A DNA stretch of 64,000 nt from Candidatus Atribacteria bacterium (GCA_029556475.1 JAKQEP010000126.1:2655-66654), one strand, 5' to 3'. Counted from the first letter of the stretch, positions 17,608 through 29,405 are shown. Notes: a model not told the origin generated them from the sequence alone. Numbers and translations are program-made.

Positions 17608-19314
17608 CTAATCTATATTTCTAAAGACGGCACCTGTGCTGGCAGATGTTACCAGGTAGGCATATCTCTTCAGATAATATGTAGAGGGGATGTCTCTTTC
17701 TGGTGGTGACCAGTTTGCCTCACGCTGTTTTAGCTCATCTTCACTTAACTTCACTGACAATTCTCTCTTGCCAATATCGATTTTAATGATATCCCCCTCT
17801 TCAATCAGACCAATAGGCCCTTTTTGAGCAGCTTCCGGAGAAATATGGCCAATTGCCGCACCACGTGTTGCACCTGAAAAACGGCCATCTGTAATCAGGG
17901 CAACATTATTGTCCAATCCCATTCCACAAAGAGCAGAGGTTGGTGCCAGCATTTCTCTCATTCCAGGTCCCCCTTTAGGTCCCTCATAACGGATAACAAC
18001 TACCTCTCCTTTTTGAATTTTACCATCCATTATAGCCTGATAAGCTTCTTCCTCTGAATTAAATACCCGGGCTTTGCCTTCAAAGATAAACATTCTCTTG
18101 CTGACAGCAGAGGCTTTTACTACCGCACCTTCAGGTGCCAGGTTACCATACAGAATAGCAATACCACTTTCCGAACTATAAGGGTTATCAAATTTTCTAA
18201 TTACCTCTGTATTTTTATTTTCTGCTTTAGATATTTGTTGACCTACCGTCTCGCCGCTAACGGTCATCAGCTCTGTGTGTATCAATTTGCCCTCAGACAA
18301 TTCTTTTAAAACTGCCTGTATTCCTCCAGCAAAGTATAAATCAGAAACATGTAAATCACTGGATGGGGATATCTTGGTTAAGATCGGTACAATACGGCTT
18401 AATCGGTCAAAAGTTTTCAGATCCAGTTTAACATCTGCTTCGTGAGCTATTGCCAGCAAGTGCAGGACGGTATTGCTGGAGCCAGCCATTGCCAAATCCA
18501 GGACAATAGCATTATGGAAAGCATCTGGGCTCATAATATCCCTTGGTTTTACCTGTTTTCTGACCAGCTCTAAGATTGCTTTTCCTGCCCTGTTGGCTAA
18601 TTGTTTTCTAGCACCATAAGATACCGGTATGGTACCATTTCCCGGTAAGGCAATACCCAGTGCTTCGGTCAGACAATTCATAGAGTTTGCAGTAAAAAGG
18701 CCGGCACAGCTACCTGCAGATGGACAAGCATTATATTCAATTTCTAACAACTCTTTATCTGAAATCTTCTCCTGATTATATTTTCCTACAGCTTCAAAAA
18801 CAGTATTTAAATCGGAGTCATGCCCCTGGCAATAACCGGTGAGCATTGGGCCACCACTAACATAGATGGCAGGAATATTGAGACGTGCTGCAGCCATAAG
18901 CATTCCCGGAACGATTTTATCGCAATTTCCCACCATAACCAGGCCGTCAAAGTGATGAGCCATAGTCACAGCTTCAATAGAATCTGCTATTAATTCACGA
19001 CTTGCCAGAGGGTATTTCATTCCCTGATGATTCATAGCAATCCCATCACAGATACCAATGGCTGGGAACTCCATTGCTATCCCACCGGCAGCTGCTACTC
19101 CTATTTTAACTGCCTGGACAATTTCATTTAACTGGATATGTCCTGGAATTATCTCGTTAAAAGCATTTACAACACCAATAATGGGCTTCTCCAGGTCTTC
19201 TTTAGTATATCCCATAGCATAAAACAAAGAACGATGGGGAGCACGATTTGCCCCTTTTGTTACCATATTACTTTTCTTTTCCATATTTTTACCCTTCCTA
19301 GTTTTTATTTTCAA
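17608..19314 (-). CDS. ilvD: Dihydroxy-acid dehydratase
   Basis: Full-length IlvD/EDD family similarity (CDKxxP, Fe-S Cys ligands, SGGxxxG). The true start is probably the internal Met ([11 protein letters not shown] at about 19284). Confidence 0.9.
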   Translation of the reverse strand: MKIKTRKGKNMEKKSNMVTKGANRAPHRSLFYAMGYTKEDLEKPIIGVVNAFNEIIPGHIQLNEIVQAVKIGVAAAGGIAMEFPAIGICDGIAMNHQGMKYPLASRELIADSIEAVTMAHHFDGLVMVGNCDKIVPGMLMAAARLNIPAIYVSGGPMLTGYCQGHDSDLNTVFEAVGKYNQEKISDKELLEIEYNACPSAGSCAGLFTANSMNCLTEALGIALPGNGTIPVSYGARKQLANRAGKAILELVRKQVKPRDIMSPDAFHNAIVLDLAMAGSSNTVLHLLAIAHEADVKLDLKTFDRLSRIVPILTKISPSSDLHVSDLYFAGGIQAVLKELSEGKLIHTELMTVSGETVGQQISKAENKNTEVIRKFDNPYSSESGIAILYGNLAPEGAVVKASAVSKRMFIFEGKARVFNSEEEAYQAIMDGKIQKGEVVVIRYEGPKGGPGMREMLAPTSALCGMGLDNNVALITDGRFSGATRGAAIGHISPEAAQKGPIGLIEEGDIIKIDIGKRELSVKLSEDELKQREANWSPPERDIPSTYYLKRYAYLVTSASTGAVFRNID

Positions 19315-19397
19315 TTCTCTTTATTCTTTTATAATTTTTAAAATAGAGTATATTTTGACTTTACTATTTTTTAAAATTTTTATCTTTATTGTCAGAT

Positions 19398-19868
19398 TTA
19401 AAATAAATGCCAGATATAATAGACGGTCATCACCACTGCCAGCATTAATTTAATGACCATAGAGGTAAGGATCCCCAAAAAGGTTACCATACCGGCCTTT
19501 AAAGCCTGTGACTGGGTTTTCCCTACTATTAATTCTCCCAGAAAAGCACCGATTAAAAGACCGAAAAAAATGCCAAATGGCGGGAAGAACAATAAGCCTA
19601 TCAGCATTCCCAGGGCTGCAAAAATAATGCCAGTACGAGATGCACCAGATTTTTTGGCACCTGCTAAGGGTAGAATATAATCAAGCAGGGCTACCAGAAA
19701 AGTTAACAGGCCAAATATTATAATGGTATTTAAACCGACTACTTCCTCCCCCTTGTTAATATAAAGCAAAATCAGGGCAAGATAGTTCAGTGTTATACCT
19801 GGCAAAGCCGGAACTACTATACCAATAATACCCAGAATGTTTAGAATTATTCCAATTAAAATAAGCAA
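19398..19868 (-). CDS. DUF456 family membrane protein
   Basis: 156 aa, four TM helices, ALPG motif typical of DUF456. Confidence 0.55.
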   Translation of the reverse strand: MLILIGIILNILGIIGIVVPALPGITLNYLALILLYINKGEEVVGLNTIIIFGLLTFLVALLDYILPLAGAKKSGASRTGIIFAALGMLIGLLFFPPFGIFFGLLIGAFLGELIVGKTQSQALKAGMVTFLGILTSMVIKLMLAVVMTVYYIWHLF

Positions 19869-20048
19869 GTTTTATTCCCTCAGCAAATGATTGAATTACC
19901 CGATACAGTTTCAATTATCACAAACCTGAATAACTTATATTTTACATCTTTTATTTTAACTCGTTGAAAAAATTGATCTGTAGAGAATAGATAGGGTAAC
20001 AGTATTTCTTTGATAGAGATTTTAATAATTAATTACATTGCATTCAGT

Positions 20049-20645
20049 TTAAACATCTTTGTTAACACAGTATTTCTTGATGGGTAGAAAGGCATGGACC
20101 TGATTTTTATACTCTATAAATATATCTCCAAATATTTTGTGTAAAAAGATACTCTCCCTGGTAGCTGAAAACGCCAGGAAAAAAATCATAGTGATTAAAA
20201 AAGTAATAATAATTATAGATATAAAAAAGGAAAAGGGATTATTATTAATTGCAACCACTATTCCCCCCGATATAAATATAGCAATCCCTGTATATAGAGG
20301 GTGTCTGATAAGGGCATAAATTCCATGAGTTATAATCCTGGTTGATGACAATATATGTCCGGCCCAGGTATGGTATGCCCCTAAATCTATCTTGGCTTTG
20401 GCAACTAGAAAAGCACCACTAAAGGTAAGTAAAAGTCCAATATAACTGTAAAGAAAAATACCTTCCAAGTTTAATATTACATATGCATAGATAAAAACCG
20501 GTATAAAATAAGAGTATTTTACAATAGAGACTATTTTTTTGTTTAACAGCGGTAACATCCCTTTTTTATTGCGAAAATCAGAGATAAAGAAAGTAAATAC
20601 TGCCAGACAGGCCAGCGCAAATACTTGAAATATTTTTAAGCTCAT
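20049..20645 (-). CDS. Isoprenylcysteine carboxyl methyltransferase (ICMT)/phospholipid methyltransferase family membrane protein
   Basis: RIITHGIYALIRHPLYTG motif characteristic of the ICMT/PEMT family. Confidence 0.7.
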   Translation of the reverse strand: MSLKIFQVFALACLAVFTFFISDFRNKKGMLPLLNKKIVSIVKYSYFIPVFIYAYVILNLEGIFLYSYIGLLLTFSGAFLVAKAKIDLGAYHTWAGHILSSTRIITHGIYALIRHPLYTGIAIFISGGIVVAINNNPFSFFISIIIITFLITMIFFLAFSATRESIFLHKIFGDIFIEYKNQVHAFLPIKKYCVNKDV

Positions 20646-20939
20646 TAAATTCTTCCTTCACTCTTTAGCAAATTGATTATCTCTTTTTTTATTAAATTAT
20701 ATTTTAAAAAAACAAGTATGTTACATTATAACATATCTTTTTCGTTTTTCCCTCAAACTTATTCATGGTGTTGTTTTTATATTCGGTAAATTTTCCAAAA
20801 AATCTTTTTCCCAATCTAAACCATTTTTAACTAATTCTGGAATAAATCATAATTTTACAAACTGATAAAAAAGTGGGCAGTCATCAATAAAAAAACTTAG
20901 ACCACCCACCTTTTTATACATGTTATTTTCTCGATAACT

Positions 20940-22610
20940 TTAGGGAAGAACTAATTCTTGCCCAGGCAGGATTAATCGGGGGTTGGGCAATTCATTCAGT
21001 TCAATAATCTTTTCCATAGTAGTACCAAATTTTTGGGCAATCTTCCAGATAGAATCGCCAGAGACAACAATATAGGTTTTAGGAGTGCTCAGTTCTGACA
21101 GCCAGTTCTGCCTTACCGGTGAAATAACTCCCGCTTTTTCTACCGCTTCCATCAGGGCATCTCTAACCGGCAGGAAGGTATCTTTCTTTTCAATGGCATT
21201 GGAGAAATTATAATTATCCCCATTAGTAGCCATAAAATCGTTGGTTACTACGGTATAATATTTATCCATCTCAATAGCAGTACCATCTGCCAATACCATA
21301 CTGACAATTCGATTTCCTGCTTCAGCATCTTTATCATAAACGACTCTTACTCCCGATATGGCAATCCAGCCAACATTCTCATTCATAATCCCGTGTTCAA
21401 TATTGGCTTTTACGTCTGCTCCGGATATTTTTAAAACATATAGCGTATTATCAAAAGGCAACACTTCATATAATTTGCCGGCAGTAATCTTGCCTTTGGG
21501 TATAGGAGTTCTTAAGCCACCACCATTGGTCATAGCAATCTGGGCACCGACCTTATCCTGCATCACCTGACAGGCCCACTCTCCTAAAAGGGAAGGTCCG
21601 GCATAACGGTCATGGTCTAATTCCACAGTAGTTTCACCAAGCACCCTTCCCAGAATTGGTTCTAAGTCTGTTTCATACTTCTCATATATTGCCAGTGTGG
21701 TGGGATCATCTTGAAGTGTATCAGCCCTTTCATAAAGAACATCTATAGAAGGTTCAGCACTTATTAACCGATTATCATCGTCTAAAGTAAAGACGGTTCT
21801 GGCAATTGCCCGACCATTATAATTAGCCTGTACTATCGGTACACCATCCACCAATCCACTAACAAAGGCATGGAAATGTGCTGAAATAACAGCGTCTACT
21901 CCTTCTACCTTACATAAATCTACTGCCTCTCCGCTGATATTCCCATCCTTATCTTGATTGGAACCCAGATGAGTCAGGGCAATGATTATATCAGCTCCCT
22001 CTGATTTTACTACAGGAATCCACTGGGCTAAACTGGCTACCGGATCCCTAAATTCATAATTTTCCACATTTTCTTTAAGGGTCTTGTATGCAGTCTCCGG
22101 AGTTGCTAATCCTATAAATCCTACTTTTACCCCCGTTCTTTCTAAAATCACATATGGTTCAGCCCATTCTACCGGCTTATCTATCCTCTTATCATAGACA
22201 TTGGCACAAACAAAGGTAAGATTGCCATCTTCTGCCCATTTGGTTATTCTCTCAATTCCCCAGTCGAATTCATGGTTACCAACAGCAGAGAGTTCAACTC
22301 CAATCTCCTTTAACACAGCAGAAACCGGTTCACCATAGAGCAAGTTGGACATTGCGCTTCCCTGATAATTGTCGCCAGCAGAGACTATAATTGTTCCTTC
22401 CGGGTTTTTAGCCCTTTCCTCTTTTAAGGCAAAGGCAAATTTTGCTGCTCCCACATTTTTACCGGAAGGAGCAAGGCTGCCATGAAAATCATTGAAGGAT
22501 AACACAACTATTTTCTTTTCTGCGGCACAAATAAAAAATGTTGCACTAAAAATAATTAGCATTATCAAAAGTAGTATTGTTAATCTTTTAAATATCCTAT
22601 TCTTAAACAT
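20940..22610 (-). CDS. Bifunctional metallophosphatase/5'-nucleotidase (UDP-sugar hydrolase-like) with C-terminal LysM domain
   Basis: Calcineurin-like motifs (GNHEFD, DNYQG), a 5'-nucleotidase C-terminal domain, and the final ~45 aa YIVVSGDSIWKIAQKFG...LILPGQELVLP as a LysM. Confidence 0.8.
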   Translation of the reverse strand: MFKNRIFKRLTILLLIMLIIFSATFFICAAEKKIVVLSFNDFHGSLAPSGKNVGAAKFAFALKEERAKNPEGTIIVSAGDNYQGSAMSNLLYGEPVSAVLKEIGVELSAVGNHEFDWGIERITKWAEDGNLTFVCANVYDKRIDKPVEWAEPYVILERTGVKVGFIGLATPETAYKTLKENVENYEFRDPVASLAQWIPVVKSEGADIIIALTHLGSNQDKDGNISGEAVDLCKVEGVDAVISAHFHAFVSGLVDGVPIVQANYNGRAIARTVFTLDDDNRLISAEPSIDVLYERADTLQDDPTTLAIYEKYETDLEPILGRVLGETTVELDHDRYAGPSLLGEWACQVMQDKVGAQIAMTNGGGLRTPIPKGKITAGKLYEVLPFDNTLYVLKISGADVKANIEHGIMNENVGWIAISGVRVVYDKDAEAGNRIVSMVLADGTAIEMDKYYTVVTNDFMATNGDNYNFSNAIEKKDTFLPVRDALMEAVEKAGVISPVRQNWLSELSTPKTYIVVSGDSIWKIAQKFGTTMEKIIELNELPNPRLILPGQELVLP

Positions 22611-22809
22611 TTTATTATAAAAAACCTCCTAAATTTACTTTCAGTCAATTAATTTGACTTAAATTTTACCAGGAATTTCCTCCTTTCCTAAAAATTATTT
22701 TTTTATTTATACCTCCCTTCCGCTATTTCTTCATTTCAATACTCTTTTTCAATTCTACCATACCAGCAAAAAGAGATTTCTTCTATCGACATTTTTATTA
22801 TAGAACATT

Positions 22810-24942
22810 TTATTGGTAAATTCTATCTCTATCTAAGGTAGTGATAGAATTTTCTTTATATTGAGGTGAGATGAGATTAAGAAAATACTCGGTAATTCCA
22901 TTTGCAATTCCCAGGGCAAGTTCCTGCTGATATTCCGGTTGAAGCAGGTACCAGTTGTCCTCAGGATGCATCAAAAAAGCAGTTTCTACCATAACCGCCG
23001 GTACTTGGGTTTGCCTTAAGACTGCCAGGTCGGATCTTTCCCAGACTTTGGTTTTGGGCAGACCTGTCTTTCTGGCTAAATTATCCAGAATTATTTCAGC
23101 CAATTTTTCATTATAAATATGGTTATAAAGGGTCATATGCCCATGATAATTGAGGGCATCTGCACCTTCGGCATGAGCATTGGCATGGATACTGATGAAA
23201 AGGTCTGCTTGATGTTCTAGAGCTATATCTGTACGTTTTTGAAGACTGATATTCTCATCCAGAGAACGGGTCATTAATACCCTGGCTCCTCTCTCTGTCA
23301 AAATTTTTTGCAGGTATTTACCAATTTCTAATACTACTGTCTTCTCATGAATATCCCCCGGCCCAATTGCTCCATTGGAATCCCCTCCATGTCCAGGGTC
23401 AATTACAATTATTTTATCCTGAAGAGGATTACTTTTTAAGATATCAGGCAGCTTTCTTAAACTTATTACTAAATCTGAACCGTCCCAATAATAATTGAAT
23501 CCAGCCAATAGATGATTCAGTTTAATACTTATTTCTATGACACCGGACAATTGTTCTTCAGGGTAAGGAGTGATCTCAATAGCCTTAACAGAGGAGGATT
23601 CCCCTCTTATAATAACATTTTCACTATATTTCACCTCATATAAAATTAGTTTCAGTTGCCGGGGTTCATCTTCTATGATAAAGGGCGAATGTTTATAATT
23701 ATGAAAACGAATCTCCGTTCCTCTTTTATCCTCTCTTAAGGTTATCTCAGAAAGGGTAGGATTAGTTTTTATTCTCTCCACAGGCATCTCCTGTACATTT
23801 TCCTGGTGAATTAAATAATTTTCTGTTCTCAATTTGAACCGCCAGTATTCTCCTGCTCTTCCTGAAATTCTAAAACGGGTCTCCGGTAAAAGATCAAAAT
23901 TTATTACCTGAGTAAGCCAACTACCTCCCCCGAGGGTAGAGCCGGGAAGGACAGGAGAATCATCAATAATTCTATAAAACCTGGTTCTCTCACCACCCAC
24001 CTCTACCACCTGGGGTGGATTTCCAGAAGAAAAGGTCACCTTTCCAGGTAACTCCCTGCTTATCTGTTCACTTCCTCTGCGTAAAATTATAGTTATTACC
24101 TGCGGAGCTGTCTTTCCGGTAGAAGGTACATCTGAATCTTTTATAAGATAACTTCCCTGATAAATACCTTTTCCTGAAAAAGATGTAATTAAAGATTTTA
24201 TTTCCTCCATCTTTATCTCTTTCTCATTATTTCCAATCCGAAACACTGCCTCAGCTGCGGGACTTCCCTGAATATTTACTTTTAATAGGTCTCCCTTTCT
24301 GAGTATTTGATCCTGTCTGGGCTGTACACTAATGGGATGTATAGCCAGTGGCGTAGAAGGCATTTCTTTCCAAAAAGGCTCATACCTCACTGTTCTTTCC
24401 AGGGAAACTTCCTCCCCATTTATATTTGCGGTAACTTTAATAGGAAATTCCATTCCTTCCGGCACCTCTACCAGAGTAAGGAAATTACCTGTGCGGTAAT
24501 CAAATCTCTCTGCCTCTACTCCGTTAACAGTGACCTTTACCTCTGGAGAGGGATAGGTACAGCCAAAGACAAAAATAGGGTTTCCCCGAATTGTCTGTTT
24601 ATCCTGTCCGGGATAAGCCACTTTTAAGAAAGGTTTTACTACTCTTTTTGGCTGTTCTCTTAATTTCAATCTTTCCAACAATTCTAAAGAAAAACCCTCT
24701 TCATATACTTCTCTGGCAAATATTCTTTGCTCAGCTGCCGGTGTTTTTTCCAGTAAATCGATAAATTCTTTTTCATACTCATCTAAATCTTCCAGAGAGG
24801 ACAGATATATTATAAAGATTGCTGGGAATTTTCCTTCCAGATATTCTCTTACCTCTAAATTTGCAAAAGATTTGGGGCATATTGCCAGGATTATCACTAT
24901 GGTAAATATTGCGAATGATAGAGATTTTGTTATTTTTTTCAT
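22810..24942 (-). CDS. N-acetylmuramoyl-L-alanine amidase (Amidase_3/AmiC-type) with large N-terminal non-catalytic region
   Basis: Signal peptide; C-terminal IVIDPGHGGDSNGAIG...ISIHANAH...ETAF amidase_3 motifs. Confidence 0.8.
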   Translation of the reverse strand: MKKITKSLSFAIFTIVIILAICPKSFANLEVREYLEGKFPAIFIIYLSSLEDLDEYEKEFIDLLEKTPAAEQRIFAREVYEEGFSLELLERLKLREQPKRVVKPFLKVAYPGQDKQTIRGNPIFVFGCTYPSPEVKVTVNGVEAERFDYRTGNFLTLVEVPEGMEFPIKVTANINGEEVSLERTVRYEPFWKEMPSTPLAIHPISVQPRQDQILRKGDLLKVNIQGSPAAEAVFRIGNNEKEIKMEEIKSLITSFSGKGIYQGSYLIKDSDVPSTGKTAPQVITIILRRGSEQISRELPGKVTFSSGNPPQVVEVGGERTRFYRIIDDSPVLPGSTLGGGSWLTQVINFDLLPETRFRISGRAGEYWRFKLRTENYLIHQENVQEMPVERIKTNPTLSEITLREDKRGTEIRFHNYKHSPFIIEDEPRQLKLILYEVKYSENVIIRGESSSVKAIEITPYPEEQLSGVIEISIKLNHLLAGFNYYWDGSDLVISLRKLPDILKSNPLQDKIIVIDPGHGGDSNGAIGPGDIHEKTVVLEIGKYLQKILTERGARVLMTRSLDENISLQKRTDIALEHQADLFISIHANAHAEGADALNYHGHMTLYNHIYNEKLAEIILDNLARKTGLPKTKVWERSDLAVLRQTQVPAVMVETAFLMHPEDNWYLLQPEYQQELALGIANGITEYFLNLISPQYKENSITTLDRDRIYQ

Positions 24943-25027
24943 ATTTTTTCTCAGAGGTTATGAATTATTTAATCTATGGAATAACCAGATAGATTCATCA
25001 CCTATCCCGGACTGTGGTTTAAAATGT

Positions 25028-26962
25028 TTAGTTAATATAATTCCCTTTTAACCCAATAAATTGACTGTTATATAAATCGGCATAAAACCCTTTCTGTTTC
25101 AGTAATTCTTTATGTGTTCCTCTCTCAATAATCTGACCTTTTCTCATCACCAGTATCAAGTCTGCATCTCTGATGGTGGACAGACGATGGGCTATCACAA
25201 AACTGGTTTTTCCCTCCATAAGACTTAACATGCCCTTTTGGATGAGTATCTCTGTTCTGGTATCAACATTACTGGTGGCTTCATCAAGTATCAATATAGT
25301 CGGATTAGCCAGAATAGCCCTGGCAATGGTCAACAATTGTCTTTGTCCCTGGGAAAGATTGCTGGCTGCCTCATCGATAATAGTGTCATACCCCTCGGGA
25401 AGTGTTCTGATAAAATGATCTGCATAGGCCATATCTGCTGCTCTAATTATCTCATCATCAGTTGCATTTTCTTTACCATAGGCAATATTATCCTTGATGC
25501 TGCCCTTAAAGAGCCAGGTATCCTGTAAAACCATGCCAAATAAACTTCTCAAATCAGCACGTTTCATATCACGAATATCAATACCATCAAGAGTTATTTT
25601 CCCGCTATCAATTTCGTAAAAACGCATCAGTAAATTTACTAAAGTGGTCTTCCCTACTCCAGTAGGCCCTACAATAGCGATAGTTTGACCTTTCTTTACC
25701 TCCAGATTTATATCTTTTAAGACTATCTTTTCGGGAAAATAGCCAAAATTGACGCCATCCAGCCTAATATTTCCCTCCGGTTTAGAAACAAGAATGATAT
25801 TTTCCTTATCGGGGAGCTGCTCGACCTCATCGAGTACCTCAAAGACTCGCTCGGCTGCAGCAATGGTAGATTGAATAATATTGGCAATATTAGCAGTTTG
25901 AACAATGGGTTGAGTGAATTGTCTGGAATACTGAATAAAAGCCTGAACATTACCTATGGTGATAGTACCTCTTGCTACGGCAACTGCTCCCATAATAACT
26001 ACAAAGACATAACTGAGATTACTGATAGCCATCATCAGTGGCATTATAATTCCAGAAATAAATTGAGCTTTCCAGCCAGCATCGAAAAGCTGCTGGTTGA
26101 GTCTATTAAATCGCTCAATGGATTCTTTTTCATAATTAAAGACTTTTACTATCTCATGACCGGCATACATTTCTTCCACATGGCCATTTAATTCCCCCAG
26201 AAGATTCTGCTGCCGGATAAAATATCTTTGTGATTTTCCAGCCACTATTCTGGTAACCAGAATACTCAGAGGAAGGGTAAAAAAGATAACTAAAGATAAG
26301 AGCGGACTGATGGTCAGCATCATAATAACTATGCCCAGCAAAGAAACTATGGAAGTGATAAATTGGGTAATGCTCTGCTGTAGCGTGCTGCTTATGGTGT
26401 CAATATCATTGGTCACCCGACTCAAAATTTCCCCATGCGTTCTACCATCAAAATAACTCAAAGGCAGTCGGGATAATTTTGAACTGGTGTCTTTTCTCAT
26501 CTCATAGACAACCTGCTGGGTAACTCCAACCATAATATAGTTTTGCAGATAAGTAAAGATGGCATTAAGAAAATATAACCCTATTAGCATGAAAATAATA
26601 TTCTTAATATAGATAAAATCAATTGCCGCTCCCGGGACCTGCTTTATTTTTAACATGAATCCTTCAAATAATTTGGTAGTGGCTCTACCCATAATTTTGG
26701 GACTTATAATCACAAATATAGAGCTGGCGATGGAAGCTACCACTGCAAACACAATCTTAGACCAGTATGGTTTCAGGTAACCAATTAACCGCCATAAGGA
26801 ACCTTTAAAATCTTTGGGTTTTTCTACTGGCATTGTCAAACCGCGATGACTTCCAGGGCCCCGGCCAAACCCTCTTGTTAACGGTGCAGGTCTTGCTTCT
26901 TTTTCACTCATATAAAGCCTCTTCTGAAAGTTGTGAACTGACAATCTCTCTATAAACCTCAC
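25028..26962 (-). CDS. ABC exporter fused permease/ATP-binding subunit (heterodimeric type I exporter, subunit B)
   Basis: Six TM helices plus an NBD (GPTGVGKTT, LSQGQRQ, ILILDEATS). The likely true start is Met18 (about 26911), overlapping the upstream gene stop by 8 nt. Confidence 0.85.
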   Translation of the reverse strand: MRFIERLSVHNFQKRLYMSEKEARPAPLTRGFGRGPGSHRGLTMPVEKPKDFKGSLWRLIGYLKPYWSKIVFAVVASIASSIFVIISPKIMGRATTKLFEGFMLKIKQVPGAAIDFIYIKNIIFMLIGLYFLNAIFTYLQNYIMVGVTQQVVYEMRKDTSSKLSRLPLSYFDGRTHGEILSRVTNDIDTISSTLQQSITQFITSIVSLLGIVIMMLTISPLLSLVIFFTLPLSILVTRIVAGKSQRYFIRQQNLLGELNGHVEEMYAGHEIVKVFNYEKESIERFNRLNQQLFDAGWKAQFISGIIMPLMMAISNLSYVFVVIMGAVAVARGTITIGNVQAFIQYSRQFTQPIVQTANIANIIQSTIAAAERVFEVLDEVEQLPDKENIILVSKPEGNIRLDGVNFGYFPEKIVLKDINLEVKKGQTIAIVGPTGVGKTTLVNLLMRFYEIDSGKITLDGIDIRDMKRADLRSLFGMVLQDTWLFKGSIKDNIAYGKENATDDEIIRAADMAYADHFIRTLPEGYDTIIDEAASNLSQGQRQLLTIARAILANPTILILDEATSNVDTRTEILIQKGMLSLMEGKTSFVIAHRLSTIRDADLILVMRKGQIIERGTHKELLKQKGFYADLYNSQFIGLKGNYIN

Positions 26963-28712
26963 TGGTTTGAATCAGGGTATGGTGTGGGCCAATACCGACT
27001 ATTCTGCCTTTATCCAAAACAATAATCTGTTCTGCCCCCATCACTGTAGTTACCCTCTGCGCTATTATTAATACAATTGTGTCTTTAATCTCATACTTCA
27101 ACGCTTCTCTTAGTCTCGATTCTGTCTTAAAATCGAGCGCTGAGAAGCTGTCATCGAAGATGTAAATATCCGGGTGTCTGGCCAAAGCTCTGGCTATGGA
27201 CAACCGTTGTTTTTCTCCTCCTGACAAATTCCTTCCACCCTGGGCAATGAAAGAATCATAACCATCTGGCATCCGTTCAATAAATCTGGCAGCCTGGGCA
27301 ACTTCTGCCACTCTTTTTATCTCCTCACGAGATAGCTGATTACTATTGTTACCAAAGCTGATATTTTCAGCTACGGTTCCAGTAAAAAGAGTGGGCTTCT
27401 GAGGAACAAGTCCTATCATCTCGTGCAAGCTTTCCTGTGAGATATCCCTGATATCTATGTTATTAATTAAGATACTACCCCTGGTCACATCGTAAAATCT
27501 GGGGATAAGATTAATCAGAGTCGACTTACCAGAGCCGGTACTTCCTATAATAGCAGTGATTTCTCCCGGTCTGGCTTGAAAAGAAATATCGCAAACGGCA
27601 TATTCTTTAGCATTCTGATAACAGAAAGATACCTTATCAAATTTCAGATGCCCTTTCCCATTTTTTTCTGCTCTGGTTTCCTGTAAGGCAATATTTCTAC
27701 TAATTTTTTCACTTCCATCTTCTAATAGAGTTTGTTCCGGTATTAACGGTATTACCGGGTCATTAATTTTTGGTTCAACATTTAAAACTTCATTAATTCT
27801 CATGGCGGAAACTGAAGCCCTGGGGAACATTACAAACATCATAGAAAACATAATTAAAGAAAACATTATCTGGGAGGCATATTGCACAAAAGCCATCAGG
27901 TCTCCCACCTGCATAATATCACTTCCGATTCTTATACTTCCTAACCAGAAGATTGCTACAATTGTCAGATTGAGAACCAGTATCATCACAGGCATCAACA
28001 AAGCCATAAGTGTATTAACTTTTCTGGCAGTCCCTGTTAAATCGAAATTGCTTTTATCAAAGCGTTCTTTTTCATAATCCTCCCTGTTAAAAGCCCTTAT
28101 TACCCTGATACCATCTAAATATTCCCGCAATACCGAGTTAAGCTTATCTACCTTGATTTGCATTGCTTGAAATAGAGACATACTCTTCTTTGCCACAAAA
28201 TAGATTATGATAGATAGGATGGGCAATATACTCATTAAAAGAAAAGCCAGTTGGGCATTTTTCGAGAAAGCCATGATGATGCCGCCTATAAAAAGCATGG
28301 GGGCTCTGAGAAACATTCTGAATAGAGTAACAGTTAATTGTTGAATCTGGGTTATATCATTGGTGGTTCTGACTATTAAAGAATCGGTCCCCTTTTCATT
28401 AAAATCTTCTAAAGAAAAACTCTCTACCTTTGTAAAAACCATAGTCCTGAGATCCCTGGCAAAACCAATAGACAACCGTGAAGAGAGATAGCTTCCGGTG
28501 ATAGAGGCTGCCATTGCTATAAAGGCAATGAAGAGCATCATACCACCAATTTTCAAAATATAATTTATACCTCCATTAACCACTCCTATATCCACTACAT
28601 TGGACATAAGGGTGGGCAGAAATAACTCAGAAATTGCCTGTAAAAAAACAAAAAGAATAACTCCAATAATCGATAACCAGTAAGGTTTCAGGTTCTTTAA
28701 TAATTTGAGCAA
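26904..28712 (-). CDS. ABC exporter fused permease/ATP-binding subunit (heterodimeric type I exporter, subunit A)
   Basis: TMD plus NBD (GSTGSGKST, LSGGEKQR, IYIFDDSFSALD). Confidence 0.85.
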   Translation of the reverse strand: MLKLLKNLKPYWLSIIGVILFVFLQAISELFLPTLMSNVVDIGVVNGGINYILKIGGMMLFIAFIAMAASITGSYLSSRLSIGFARDLRTMVFTKVESFSLEDFNEKGTDSLIVRTTNDITQIQQLTVTLFRMFLRAPMLFIGGIIMAFSKNAQLAFLLMSILPILSIIIYFVAKKSMSLFQAMQIKVDKLNSVLREYLDGIRVIRAFNREDYEKERFDKSNFDLTGTARKVNTLMALLMPVMILVLNLTIVAIFWLGSIRIGSDIMQVGDLMAFVQYASQIMFSLIMFSMMFVMFPRASVSAMRINEVLNVEPKINDPVIPLIPEQTLLEDGSEKISRNIALQETRAEKNGKGHLKFDKVSFCYQNAKEYAVCDISFQARPGEITAIIGSTGSGKSTLINLIPRFYDVTRGSILINNIDIRDISQESLHEMIGLVPQKPTLFTGTVAENISFGNNSNQLSREEIKRVAEVAQAARFIERMPDGYDSFIAQGGRNLSGGEKQRLSIARALARHPDIYIFDDSFSALDFKTESRLREALKYEIKDTIVLIIAQRVTTVMGAEQIIVLDKGRIVGIGPHHTLIQTSEVYREIVSSQLSEEALYE

Positions 28713-29068
28713 TGCAAATTTCTCCTGAAGAAAAAAATTAGATTAGAGGACTAATAATAATTGTATAAAAAATACATTCATTATTCTCTCATATAAATCA
28801 GTTTTTTTCTATAATATTTAAATTTTTTTAAATTAAAAAGGAGCAAAAAGATATGTTAAATACCTATAAAACCTTTAGATTGGAAGGTTTTGATGGATCT
28901 TAAAAATAACCGGTCAATACTTTCATCTGTTTATTCTCTGCTCATGGTCAGTCTTTTGGAGAGATTTTTGACAATATTAAGACAGATGTACAAAAATATT
29001 GAGCAAATTATAACTAATCCAGTCGTTCTTCTTCAGCTAATGTCGTTACAGATAGCGGTTGTGGCAGC

Positions 29069-29389
29069 TTATTTTTTCTTAAATTTTACAGCAGTTCCAT
29101 AAACCAAAATCTCCGATGCTGCCTGCATAATAGAGGAAGTAGTGAATCGAATACCTACTATACCATCTGCTCCCAGCATTTTAGCATTCATAATCATACG
29201 GTCTGTTGCCTGGTCCCGAGATTCGGCAAGCAATTTGGTATATTCTTCAATTTCACCTCCTACCATATTGCGAAAGGTAGCCATCATATCTTTGCCAAGA
29301 TGGCGTGCGCGAACTGTATTTCCTTTAACCAGTCCAAGGGTCTGAATTATTTCATATTCGGAAAATTGATTCTGAGTAGTTAATAACAT
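29069..29389 (-). CDS. ybjQ: YbjQ/UPF0145 (DUF74) family protein
   Basis: 106 aa; ...GDAVVGVR/GADGIVGIRF-type pentameric YbjQ family motifs. Confidence 0.7.
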   Translation of the reverse strand: MLLTTQNQFSEYEIIQTLGLVKGNTVRARHLGKDMMATFRNMVGGEIEEYTKLLAESRDQATDRMIMNAKMLGADGIVGIRFTTSSIMQAASEILVYGTAVKFKKK

Positions 29390-29405
29390 CTATATTTTTA
29401 TCCCC

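Noticed and set aside
28890-29102. 70-aa ORF on the + strand
   Set aside because: No RBS; overlaps the 3' end of ybjQ on the opposite strand; low-complexity hydrophobic translation. Probably spurious.
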